The notes beneath the pieces are model-generated. The model had not been told where the DNA came from and ran no database searches. It was given only the letters and a program-made list of their open reading frames with translations. From a virus (lineage: Duplodnaviria; Caudoviricetes), in the IMG/VR virus record IMGVR_UViG_3300031555_000867, positions 4,383 through 68,382 of that record: DNA of 64,000 nucleotides. One strand, given 5' to 3'. This document shows positions 54,237 to 63,459 of this stretch, piece by piece; the first letter of the stretch is position 1, and the number at the start of each line of letters is the position of its first letter. A program made the position numbers and the translations under genes.

Positions 54237-55709
54237 TTATGCTTTATTCTGGCGACGATCAATCATTCTCTGACGAGCAGACATAGAGGATGTTTCATCC
54301 TGTGCTTCTGCCTGTCGAGAGTCCTTATTGAACATCTGCTTTTTCTGATAATCAGTTCCCTTGCGAGTAGACTTGTTGATGTCATCGCAAGCACATTCGA
54401 ATGCGGCATTGATGAATGCGGCACTCTTTCCATCCAATCTCATGGAAGGACGAACAGCATTGATGATTGCTTTCTTAGCACCCATAATGCTCATGTTCTC
54501 AAGACCATCGAGGTTAATCTGCTTGCCAATCATGCCAAGTTTGATTCTTGTACGAATAATCTTGTCAACGGAATCGGCATTCATCTTCTCACCGGTAGGA
54601 ACATCGTCTTCATCCTGACAAGGAATCGCATCGTCATCCCCATCAAGAACAACTGCTTCACCAGTGCCTTCCTCTTCGTCTTCTTCGCCATCACCGGCAG
54701 GAACTGCTTCAGGGTCTTCCTGAGCTTCGCCCTCATCTTCGTTACCTTCAGCAGCAGGTTCCTCTGCGGCTTCATCGAATGCCTTTTCAGCGAGCAATGT
54801 GTCGATGATGTCAAACAAGATGTTCATGTCACAATCCTGCTGAGCAATCACTTCTTTTGCTCCTTCGATGTCCTCAGGTTCACCTTCCTCATCTCTGCGG
54901 TCACGGTTCTCCTTAACTGCAGCAACCTTTTCTTCTACAGTTGCACCTTCGGCAACCGGTGTTGCTGTGTCTTCACCGTCAGCTACTTTAACTGTTGCAG
55001 GATCAGTTTCAGCCTGAGCGGCATTGCCTTCGTCAGAATCAGCTACTGCTGTCTGTGCTGCACGGCGAGCTTTGTACTCCTCAATAGCCTTCTTGAGTTC
55101 TTCAGGAGACAAAACTCCGTCATTGCGGTTTACATTTCTTTTTGTCTTGCTCATTGCATTTCCTCCTTCTAAAGTTTTCTCACGGCTATCAATATTTAAC
55201 CGTGCATGGTCTCCTGCTCTAGCTTCTGACACTAAAGCAAGATGGTTAATGCGGATGTTCCTTTGGATAGCATCGTAAGGCTGACCGTTCCATTCTCCGG
55301 CCGTTTCTTCAAGGTCGAGATTGTAACCGAGTGACAACTCTTTCAATCCGCTCTTTTTCATTTCGTCCGTGTCGTGAATTACGATTTCTGCCCTGACATC
55401 ATCCCCGCTTCTGTACCCTTCCGTAAGAATCGTACCAATCTGCTCTTCATGCACATTGTCCTTTGTCACGAGTCCTGCATCATGCGTGACAATGATAGGT
55501 TTGCCCTTATACGAAGCCAAACTTTCGGGTGCAAAAACTTCCTCAGGTAATCTAAGTTCTCTCCTGATGGAGCCATCCTCATTTACATATTCGAAAATAC
55601 CTGTGCTTGTCAGAATCGGTCTGTCATTCAGGTAGCCTTCATCTGTGAAAATCGCCTTGGTTACAGGTGTACTGTCCAGACGCATCACGCTTGTTAATTT
55701 AGGTGCCAT
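54237..55709 (-). CDS. prohead protease/scaffold (DUF2213-like)
   Basis: T.EGYL...G.F.Y, SL.S..GKP....H, ELS.GY, I..NHLALV..ARAG; acidic scaffold tail; start trimmed to ATG 55709. Confidence 0.88.
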   Translation of the reverse strand: MAPKLTSVMRLDSTPVTKAIFTDEGYLNDRPILTSTGIFEYVNEDGSIRRELRLPEEVFAPESLASYKGKPIIVTHDAGLVTKDNVHEEQIGTILTEGYRSGDDVRAEIVIHDTDEMKKSGLKELSLGYNLDLEETAGEWNGQPYDAIQRNIRINHLALVSEARAGDHARLNIDSREKTLEGGNAMSKTKRNVNRNDGVLSPEELKKAIEEYKARRAAQTAVADSDEGNAAQAETDPATVKVADGEDTATPVAEGATVEEKVAAVKENRDRRDEEGEPEDIEGAKEVIAQQDCDMNILFDIIDTLLAEKAFDEAAEEPAAEGNEDEGEAQEDPEAVPAGDGEEDEEEGTGEAVVLDGDDDAIPCQDEDDVPTGEKMNADSVDKIIRTRIKLGMIGKQINLDGLENMSIMGAKKAIINAVRPSMRLDGKSAAFINAAFECACDDINKSTRKGTDYQKKQMFNKDSRQAEAQDETSSMSARQRMIDRRQNKA

Positions 55710-55719
55710 ATCACACCTC

Positions 55720-56121
55720 CTAACCGGAAACAGGAGCAGATTCTTCCGCTTCCTTTTCCTTTTCGCCAACAACACTATTCAGTTCACCCTCTGCAAATGC
55801 AGATTCGTCCATGGCAGTGTTTTCCTCATCAGGTCCGATTGTCACCCTTGTCATTTCAAGAGCGAGTACCTGAGCATGATGTACTTCATCCAAGAGCAAT
55901 TCTTCATAAACTGCTTCAAGGGATTCGTCCTGATTGCCTACAAACTCCATGCCGCATGACAGGGATGCAATCTTGTCACATACCACTTTCAACTGAGTAC
56001 TGATGTCTCTAATCAAATTCAGATTATTCATTGCTTCTCCTTTCCGTATGTTTCCGTTACAAGTGACTGTGGCCGTATCGGTCCTGCCTAAAGGCTTCTT
56101 GCCAACCTTTGTATTTGTCAC
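55720..56121 (-). CDS. hypothetical acidic protein (start probably MNNLNL near 56031)
   Basis: ORF track. Confidence 0.6.
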   Translation of the reverse strand: MTNTKVGKKPLGRTDTATVTCNGNIRKGEAMNNLNLIRDISTQLKVVCDKIASLSCGMEFVGNQDESLEAVYEELLLDEVHHAQVLALEMTRVTIGPDEENTAMDESAFAEGELNSVVGEKEKEAEESAPVSG

Positions 56122-56248
56122 GCTCTACGGTTTCCTTTTCGCAAGTCTTACAGTTGCATTTTCTCCGTTTCCGCAAACAGATACAGGCGGTCTTGCCATT
56201 CTCGTAACGAATGAATACGTCAATCTCTTCTTTACCTTCCATAGACAC
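56057..56248 (-). CDS. small hypothetical protein
   Basis: ORF track; RBS. Confidence 0.55.
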   Translation of the reverse strand: MSMEGKEEIDVFIRYENGKTACICLRKRRKCNCKTCEKETVERDKYKGWQEAFRQDRYGHSHL

Positions 56249-56263
56249 CGCTGCCTCCTTTCA

Positions 56264-56338
56264 TCAACTGAAAGTTGAGTGCATGGCGACATCTCCGGTG
56301 TTATCTATCATGCAGATGGGTCTACCTCGTATCGTCAT
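56264..56338 (-). CDS. possible 24-aa peptide
   Basis: MTIRGRPICMIDNTGDVAMHSTFS with a purine-rich RBS; fills the gap. Confidence 0.35.
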   Translation of the reverse strand: MTIRGRPICMIDNTGDVAMHSTFS

Positions 56339-56355
56339 ATCCGCACCGCCTTTCC

Positions 56356-56757
56356 TTAGTCTTGCTGAGGACTTATCCAGTCAACTCCCCATTTATCGAT
56401 TACATCTTTGAAATCTTCCAAGTCATGTGGTATAACCGTAAACTTCTCATCGACAGGATCATATCCAACGTGCTTCAATTCGTGATACATCAGATGCTCC
56501 ATTTGGACATCTCCGAGATGGAATGTATTGCCTTCGTAGAATGTGATAACAAAGTCATACGGCATAAACTCCTTGAACTTTTCCTTGACTCTCTCAGTGT
56601 CAGCAAATACTACCTTGCCACCACTCTTCTTCTCACCCTTGGCATACTGAAATGCTATACGGCATTTCCCATCCCTGAGCACTGCGAATATGTCATACTC
56701 ATTGATGACTTTCTTTGCGATTTCCTCAAGGATTTCGCTCTTCTGAAATTCTGCCAT
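56356..56757 (-). CDS. putative phage metallopeptidase
   Basis: YDFVI...L.YHELKH (HExxH)...HDLEDF..VI.KWG. Confidence 0.8.
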   Translation of the reverse strand: MAEFQKSEILEEIAKKVINEYDIFAVLRDGKCRIAFQYAKGEKKSGGKVVFADTERVKEKFKEFMPYDFVITFYEGNTFHLGDVQMEHLMYHELKHVGYDPVDEKFTVIPHDLEDFKDVIDKWGVDWISPQQD

Positions 56758-56758
56758 G

Positions 56759-57682
56759 TCAGTTATCTCCCTTCATAGGCACATCGATTGTGTTATAGTC
56801 AAATACCGGAATGGCTACGCATCTGCAGCAGTAATCCTCTCCGGGATGACATTTTCTGCCGGTATACACCCTGCCTTTCTTGGTTTCATACCATGCTTCC
56901 GGTGGGTTATCCCAACTGAATATCTTGCCATCAAAAGCATTGTGGCAATCTCGTACTCGTGAGTCCTTAGATGAGGACCATTTGTACTTCTTCACACCGG
57001 CATCATTCTGTTGCATCTTAGTGACCTGAGCATTCAGTGTCGCAACTTGGTCTCTCGCAAGCAATTCTGCCCTGCGTTTCTCCATGTTGTATTCTTCTTG
57101 TATCGCCTGTCTGATTTGCGTAATGGAACTACCTGATTTGTAGCCTTTCAGGATAATCTCCTGCAAATTGCCAAGCGTATTCGTTGGCATGGACTTTATA
57201 GCCTTAACATTCTCAGCAATCCATCGCTCAAGCAGTTCCGTGTACATCTCGCCTTTGTAGTAGTCCTGCGTGATGTCGATGCCGAGCGTAGTCTTAATCG
57301 CCCTTTTCCATTCTGACAGTGTGCAGTTGTTCGTCAGATTTGCTATCTTCCGAACCTTTGCATCCAAATCGAATGATGCCAACGAGTTTTCAAGGTTGAC
57401 GGCTATTTCCCTGAGGATTGCACGAATCTTAGCTTCGATATCCTTGTAGCCGTCAGTGTTCGTGCTATCATATCTGTCCTGCTTGTAAATCTCCATCATC
57501 TCAGGCAGTCGGTTCTTCAACTCCTTATTCAACAGTCTCATGTAGCTCCGGCCTATTCGTTGGAACTCACGCTCTGCTGATTCAGGGTATCTCGTATGGG
57601 TTCTGCTGACCCTTTCTGACTTGCCCTTAAATTTGGGTTTTACAGCCTCTTTTACTAACGATTGATTATTTGTTAGGTTCAT
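56759..57682 (-). CDS. head morphogenesis protein (SPP1 gp7 / Mu F family)
   Basis: RA.L.ARDQ...LN, Y.W....D.RVR..H, PGED..CRC.A.P; start trimmed to ATG 57682. Confidence 0.92.
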   Translation of the reverse strand: MNLTNNQSLVKEAVKPKFKGKSERVSRTHTRYPESAEREFQRIGRSYMRLLNKELKNRLPEMMEIYKQDRYDSTNTDGYKDIEAKIRAILREIAVNLENSLASFDLDAKVRKIANLTNNCTLSEWKRAIKTTLGIDITQDYYKGEMYTELLERWIAENVKAIKSMPTNTLGNLQEIILKGYKSGSSITQIRQAIQEEYNMEKRRAELLARDQVATLNAQVTKMQQNDAGVKKYKWSSSKDSRVRDCHNAFDGKIFSWDNPPEAWYETKKGRVYTGRKCHPGEDYCCRCVAIPVFDYNTIDVPMKGDN

Positions 57683-57777
57683 ACTGTTACCCCACTCTCC
57701 CGAGGATTTAGTGCTTTTTGGCGGGTACTTGTGACAGATACTTGGGCATAAAAATAGCAGATACATTTCTGCACCTG

Positions 57778-57876
57778 CTACTTATCCTTTCGGAGTACAT
57801 TTTCAATTTTCCATTTCAGGATGTACCATATCTGTTCAAGATAGGACACCCTGCGATAACCATGTTTCTGTCTCAT
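57778..57876 (-). CDS. possible 32-aa peptide
   Basis: MRQKHGYRRVSYLEQIWYILKWK...; GGAG RBS. Confidence 0.4.
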   Translation of the reverse strand: MRQKHGYRRVSYLEQIWYILKWKIENVLRKDK

Positions 57877-57891
57877 ATTTACTCCAATGAA

Positions 57892-58483
57892 TCAATATAC
57901 ATCCGATGATTCGACTGCATAGTATTTCTTGCCTTTTGATGAATTGTCAGTGTCTTTGGAAACATTGTATTCAACGGTTGCTCCGTTTTTACCCCATATA
58001 GAAAAATTCGTGGTCGGTTCGGTTGATTCAGTACCATTGCTTTTCCAAAACACTGTATCATACCCTGCTTCTCTAAACTTATTAGACAATCGGGTTGCCA
58101 TATCTTTTGCCGATGATACTGATGATGGTACTTCCACAATCGATGTATTTCCCCATCCATCAAAGAAATCTCCACCCGCTTCTTTGAGAACTTCGCTTTC
58201 TATCTTGGTTCTCGCCTTTGAAGAAGGTCTTGTGGTTTTCGGCTTACTCGGTTTTGCAACTGATTGAGTAGCCGCTTTGCTCTTCTTTCCACCCGACTTC
58301 TTGGAACTTGTGCTCTGTATCTTCTTCCCGATACTACCTTTAAGTTCTCCATTTTCATCAATAGGGATATGTGTTCCGTTGACCGTTATCCAACCATCGT
58401 CATCAGCTCTGCCCCCCCCCGAAACTGCGTTCGAGGTGTCTTGCTCGTATCATATTCAAATCATCTACCATGCTTTGTTTCAT
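57892..58483 (-). pseudogene. head-region gene frameshifted at a G9 homopolymer (58412-58420)
   Basis: ATG 58483 with GGAGG RBS; with 9 G it stops after 26 aa; with 8 G it is a 196-aa ORF (RADDDGWITVNGTHIPIDENG...) ending at 57892. Confidence 0.75.
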
Positions 58484-58508
58484 ACTTCCTCCTAATTTTT
58501 TGCACTGA

Positions 58509-58533
58509 AAAAGGAGCCGAAATCGACCCCTTT
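58509..58533 (-). terminator. possible intrinsic terminator
   Basis: GGGGTCGA-TT-TCGGCTCC stem plus TTTTT. Confidence 0.5.
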
Positions 58534-58545
58534 AATCTGCATTCT

Positions 58546-58788
58546 CTATTCCTCATCATCAAGACCTTCATCATATCTTGCCTTGCCATCCAGTTGGAAG
58601 TCAAGTTTACCATTCTCATACATTGACTTATACTCGTTCAAGCTGCATCCGTTGGGACCGTAATCTTTATCAGGATTTGCTTCTTGCACTGAGTCATCTT
58701 CCCATCCGCAGACATCACAGATATCATAGGAATCAATTTCTTCAAACATATACTTACCACATATAGGGCATAAATGCTCTGTTTTCAT
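58546..58788 (-). CDS. CPCC-family Cys-rich protein
   Basis: CPICG......YDIC.VCGWEDD........GPN..SL. Confidence 0.85.
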   Translation of the reverse strand: MKTEHLCPICGKYMFEEIDSYDICDVCGWEDDSVQEANPDKDYGPNGCSLNEYKSMYENGKLDFQLDGKARYDEGLDDEE

Positions 58789-58798
58789 AAACTACCTC

Positions 58799-61312
58799 CT
58801 AATTTCCTTGTCCGTAATCGGGTTCATTGCCAGTGTCTTGGAACATTCTGTCTGCAAAATATGCTCTTGCACGAACTATATCGTAACCACCGTTTTTCTT
58901 TATGCCGGGGTTGAAATAGGTGCAAAGCTGCTCTCCGGGATATCCTGTTGCGTATTCACCAGTTTCGTTATTAAATCGGCATATCTTACCATCCGAACAT
59001 CCATATCCTTTAACTGGATATTTACATTCTTTTGCGAGGAATTCTATACCTTTCTGTGTATACTCCTCAGGACTCTCACATCCCATCTGCTCTCCGTGGT
59101 CTTTGAAGTGCTTCTTCGCTTTCTTCTTGTTTGCAAAACCTTTACAAGGTTTATTAGCACCTGTAGGCAACGGATTCTTTCTTGCGTTTTGGTTTCCGTC
59201 AGGAGCACCAACTCGGTCTTGGTCTGCATGAGAATTATCCTTTGACTTTACTATATCAGTTTCCGTACTGATGTCAAGAGATTTTTCTTCGGAATATTCA
59301 TTTCCGTTTATAAATGCACCCATGAGAACATCAAGGCTGTCTCTAAACGGTTGGAACAGAGACGCTTCCATCTCCATAATCTCTTCCAGTGTCTTAAACT
59401 CCGGTCTTACCATCTCAAGGTCTACCGATTTAGGCACACCATCATAGTCAGTACATAAGAATACGATTGACTGCAACTTGGTGTCAGGTTCCTTTGGACA
59501 CATTCCAATCTGAATCAGTTCCTTAGGGCTGATACCAAATTCCTCTTCTGTCTCACGGTATGCAGCGACTTCCGGTGTTTCGCCTTTTTCAATATGACCG
59601 CCGGGTCCACAGAGCAATCCGTAGCCGAAGTCATTGTGTCGGGTTCCTACCAGTATCTTGCCATCCTTAACAACGAGAACTCCTACTCCGTACTGTGTAC
59701 TGTAGTCAATCTCATCGGTATTCTCTGCCTGTTGTAACTCCTCTTCACTCATATCCTGAGGAAGTTTCGTTGCAGTAGGTGCCGCATCCGGAGCATTGCC
59801 ACCATTTTCAGTGCCAAGTTCCTCTGTGCTGACTTCTTGGTCTAATATATGTGGATTGTCCGCAGGATTGTCTGTCGGATTATCCATCAGAATATCTGCA
59901 AACAAATCTGTCTCATCAACTTCATCAAGCATATTCTCCACATCAAACTCTTCGGAGTCTGCCAGTTTCTTTCTGACTTCGGAAGGGTCAATCGCTTCCA
60001 TGCCAACATAAATCTGAGCGGTTGTTGCTTTCGTCTGCTGAATAGTCGCTCTCTTCTGCTCCAAATCAGCCTGTTCCAAATCACTCAAGGACCAAAGCGG
60101 ATTGAACTTAACCTTGATGTTCGGAACTTCATCAATCTCACCGGTATATACACCCGCCTGAAAGATAATCGATAACAGATAGCGGAGATTCTTGCGAATC
60201 ATTCTTTTCTGTATTCTCTCAAGGTAGTTGTACCAGTTTTCAAGGTCAGATGTTCCGGTTGCATTCATACCGGCAGGACTTCTGCCGAACAGGATCGTCT
60301 GCGGAATACTTGTCAGTGCAGACAGATAGTTGCAGGTGGTATCAATAACATCAGGTACACCACCAAACTGGAATGTCCTGAAGTCGTAATCCTCACCTTC
60401 ACTGTCAATCGTGATACTGTTGAGCATACCTCTCGCCATATCAATGGTCTGAAGTCTTCTAAGTACTCTGTCCTCGCCTTCCTCAGTAGCAAGTTCTGCT
60501 GAGAGGTCCTTCATCTTGTACACCGCCTGAATGGAACGGTCGAGCAGTTTTACTGCACTTCCGTGTGCCACTTCTGCATCACGGATTGCCTTGTTGATTC
60601 TTACATACTCCGGAATGCCCCATATCTGATAGATGCTGTTCGTGGTATTCTCAGGGAGAGTACCATTCGGGAATACAAGGCATCTGCTGTCATGCACCCT
60701 AAAACTTCCGTACTTACTGAACACATCATAGTATTCCGGCATACCCAAACGGCTACCCCTTGTACGGAATGGGTCATCTGCCTGATAGTTAAACATACTC
60801 GAATAATCAGGCTGAATTAAAGAGCGGTCGTAAACTCGAATATCATCAATGGAGCGAATGTTCTTCCAGTCCAAAGGCTCTTCAAGTCCACGGCCGTCGT
60901 TTACGAGTAATACTGCGATTGAGCCACCAAACAACCTTGCCCATTTGATGCAGGTCATGGCGGTTTCTTCCCAATCCAATTCATCCAATGCTTCCACATA
61001 GAAGTTCTCGATTTCGGCATCCTTTAATCCGTCAAGGTGGAAACCATGTTTGATGGCTTCTTCTGCCGGTGTGTCGATAATCTTGGCGAACAATCCATTA
61101 CCTTCGTAATACTGTGTCAGCATATCGTCCGGAATGATAGGCTCCTGTTGGAACCGATACCCTTCCGATACATCTTTCTGTGTGCCGTATTTGTTCATCA
61201 GGTTGACATACCCATCAGCACGATACGGTCTCACTGCATGGCCTGTTTGCATTTCAATCAGGTGTGCGTATCTTCGCAACATATCCTTTTGTGAATTCTT
61301 ATCCTTGCCCAT
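58799..61312 (-). CDS. portal protein (DUF1073/HI1409-like) with C-terminal Nudix hydrolase and toxin-like domain
   Basis: Follows terL; IP.T.LFGRSP.G.NATG.SD..N.Y portal motif; Nudix box GGHIEKGETPEVAAYRETEEEFGI; distal HFKDHG...EEY...TYFNP domain. Confidence 0.88.
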   Translation of the reverse strand: MGKDKNSQKDMLRRYAHLIEMQTGHAVRPYRADGYVNLMNKYGTQKDVSEGYRFQQEPIIPDDMLTQYYEGNGLFAKIIDTPAEEAIKHGFHLDGLKDAEIENFYVEALDELDWEETAMTCIKWARLFGGSIAVLLVNDGRGLEEPLDWKNIRSIDDIRVYDRSLIQPDYSSMFNYQADDPFRTRGSRLGMPEYYDVFSKYGSFRVHDSRCLVFPNGTLPENTTNSIYQIWGIPEYVRINKAIRDAEVAHGSAVKLLDRSIQAVYKMKDLSAELATEEGEDRVLRRLQTIDMARGMLNSITIDSEGEDYDFRTFQFGGVPDVIDTTCNYLSALTSIPQTILFGRSPAGMNATGTSDLENWYNYLERIQKRMIRKNLRYLLSIIFQAGVYTGEIDEVPNIKVKFNPLWSLSDLEQADLEQKRATIQQTKATTAQIYVGMEAIDPSEVRKKLADSEEFDVENMLDEVDETDLFADILMDNPTDNPADNPHILDQEVSTEELGTENGGNAPDAAPTATKLPQDMSEEELQQAENTDEIDYSTQYGVGVLVVKDGKILVGTRHNDFGYGLLCGPGGHIEKGETPEVAAYRETEEEFGISPKELIQIGMCPKEPDTKLQSIVFLCTDYDGVPKSVDLEMVRPEFKTLEEIMEMEASLFQPFRDSLDVLMGAFINGNEYSEEKSLDISTETDIVKSKDNSHADQDRVGAPDGNQNARKNPLPTGANKPCKGFANKKKAKKHFKDHGEQMGCESPEEYTQKGIEFLAKECKYPVKGYGCSDGKICRFNNETGEYATGYPGEQLCTYFNPGIKKNGGYDIVRARAYFADRMFQDTGNEPDYGQGN
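59853..59885. repeat. iteron-like array 3 inside the portal linker (encodes DNPTDNPADNP)
   Basis: GGATTGTCC, GGATTGTCT, GGATTATCC at 59853, 59865, 59877. Confidence 0.6.
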
Positions 61313-61334
61313 GCGTCCATCACCCCTTTCGTTA

Positions 61335-62738
61335 CTAAATCAAATTTCCTACATTGAACGATGTCTTTGCTTCGATTTCTGCAAAACCGTTGGCAAGTGC
61401 ATCGACCATATCCTTGAACTTTCCTTCAGGGAAGTTTTCTAACTGCATGAGGAATGGCTCATTCCAATCTCCATACATTAGGTCGAAGTTACCTGCTTGC
61501 CACTGTGCAGCAACCGGCTCCGCTCTACTTTCCTTACTACCGCTTTCAGGTACGGCTGTGACATCGAACCCTGCAAGCATTTTGATATAACTTTGAGCCT
61601 GTTCCTTACCGGCCTGTCCGGGGTCCTTAGGGAGTCTGACTCGAACTCTCTTATATTTGGCTCTGTCTGATTGAGCCGTAAGTAATATGGTCTTTCGTAC
61701 ATCAACTGCCGCCATCTGCCTGTTGACTACATCTGCTACAAGGTAGCGACCATCTTTTCTCTTGCCTATGAGAACACCGGCTGTATAAGCCGCTTCTCCG
61801 TTTTCATCTTCTGATGTGGCTGCCAAGTCCCAACATCGTACCCACTGGATGACATCATTCGGAAGCACCTCAAGGATATTGCCAAGCTGAGTTCTTTTGA
61901 AGAACAGTCCGGCCGCCGATTTAATCTTCCAGTTACCATACAGTAGTCGCTCTCTGTCGATTACTGACAGTGCTTTCAGGTTTGCCAAGTAGCCGGGATT
62001 GACCTTTAACAATTCCTTGTTATCGGACAGCTTTGACATGATGAATGTTACTGAGCGAGGTTCGTTCCTCTCTTCTTCTGTAGTGAGGTTGAACTGCTTC
62101 CAAAGCTCCTGCCTTGTGTTCGCCCAATAGATTTTCTCATCCCTGCGAATGAACCATCGTATCTTGCCACTTCGTTCCGGTATCGGATAGCCAGTCTCCT
62201 GATCTATCCACCACTCAATGAATTTTGCCACCCAACTGTCTGCATCAGGGTTGCAAGTTGCCCTGACGAATGGAGTAACACCGCAAGTGGAACGGTTTCG
62301 GGATAGCATATAGAAGAATATCTTCTCCGAGAAGTGCGTCAACTCATCGAAGCCGATTTCACAAATCTGTGAACCTTGCCATTTATGCACTTCTATATCC
62401 TTTTCGATATGGGCGAATGTTACCTTCGATACAATCTGCCCTTCCTTGTTGCGGAACCACCACTGTCCTCTTGCAAACTTAGGCTCGGCACCTTCGATGT
62501 CACTGTAGATATGCGTTGATTCATCCCACAGACCACCTTGTGCGAATATCTGATTGAAATTCTTTCGGAATATGGTACAACCAAATCCGGGTACATTCTT
62601 ATACCTGAGTGCAGACATCAGCAAACCGAACGATTTACCACCACCTGCAGCACCACCGTATATGCAGATTGAAGCAGGAGTTGACATGAACTTCTCCTGT
62701 GGTCCGGGCTGTGGTTTCAGCATAGGCATCGACCTCAC
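61335..62738 (-). CDS. terL: terminase large subunit
   Basis: Walker A YGGAAGGGKS, Walker B IGFDEL, RNase-H domain WDLA...DMVDA. Confidence 0.95.
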   Translation of the reverse strand: MRSMPMLKPQPGPQEKFMSTPASICIYGGAAGGGKSFGLLMSALRYKNVPGFGCTIFRKNFNQIFAQGGLWDESTHIYSDIEGAEPKFARGQWWFRNKEGQIVSKVTFAHIEKDIEVHKWQGSQICEIGFDELTHFSEKIFFYMLSRNRSTCGVTPFVRATCNPDADSWVAKFIEWWIDQETGYPIPERSGKIRWFIRRDEKIYWANTRQELWKQFNLTTEEERNEPRSVTFIMSKLSDNKELLKVNPGYLANLKALSVIDRERLLYGNWKIKSAAGLFFKRTQLGNILEVLPNDVIQWVRCWDLAATSEDENGEAAYTAGVLIGKRKDGRYLVADVVNRQMAAVDVRKTILLTAQSDRAKYKRVRVRLPKDPGQAGKEQAQSYIKMLAGFDVTAVPESGSKESRAEPVAAQWQAGNFDLMYGDWNEPFLMQLENFPEGKFKDMVDALANGFAEIEAKTSFNVGNLI

Positions 62739-62762
62739 CTCCTCCGCATTCGTTGCTGTCTA

Positions 62763-63296
62763 TCACTCTTCCACTTCGTCCTCAGGTGGCATTTCACAAT
62801 CCTCTAACTTTTCAATCTCCGGCAGATAGATAACAACATCGTTATGCCCATCCTCATCGGACAGATTAACCGCATATCGTGCATCCTCTACATTGCCACC
62901 AAGAGCAGATACCTTGGCTTCCATTTCCAACTGTCTTCGAGCATCTGCCGCAATACTCTCTCGTTCTTTTCGGTTTTCTTCCGGTTCATAACCGCCTATC
63001 CTCATCAACTCCATATAAGCATCGAGATTACCACTCATTGCCATAGTGAATAACCTTGCGTGCAATGCAGCCATGTTAGTTCGTTCCGTTTCAGGGAATC
63101 CGAGTTCTTTCAGATTCGCTTCAATGGTTCCCTTGGCGGCCATATCAAGTAGGTATCGGATTGACTCTCTGGCTTCCTTTTTGGCTCTGCGAACCTCACC
63201 TGATTTGATACCACCATTTCGTCCTCTGCGTCTTGCTTCCTCCTTGGTTTTTACCGGGTCAAGGTTCTCTACTTTGCCCTTCTTTTTTTCAGCCAT
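62763..63296 (-). CDS. probable terminase small subunit
   Basis: Directly upstream of terL; NL.P......R..GR.GG..SG..RR motif; start trimmed to ATG 63296. Confidence 0.7.
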   Translation of the reverse strand: MAEKKKGKVENLDPVKTKEEARRRGRNGGIKSGEVRRAKKEARESIRYLLDMAAKGTIEANLKELGFPETERTNMAALHARLFTMAMSGNLDAYMELMRIGGYEPEENRKERESIAADARRQLEMEAKVSALGGNVEDARYAVNLSDEDGHNDVVIYLPEIEKLEDCEMPPEDEVEE

Positions 63297-63459
63297 TTCA
63301 TCACCTTCTTTTATACAAAAACAGGACAGTGTGGAGTGTTCCACATTGCCCTGAATTTTGCCCTGATTCATTTCATTGATAATTTGTGCCAACCCCCTAT
63401 GAGAAATTGAATTGCGGGGATTTTGCGAGGTTTGCCGAGGATGTTTCGGCACCCTTTAC

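Noticed and set aside
56759-57682. MuF protein as a polymorphic MuF toxin
   Set aside because: It ends right after the CRC motif; the C-terminal extension is on the portal instead.
58799-61312. Portal extension as an Acb1-like 2H phosphodiesterase
   Set aside because: No paired HxT/HxS motifs were seen; the clear motif is a Nudix box.
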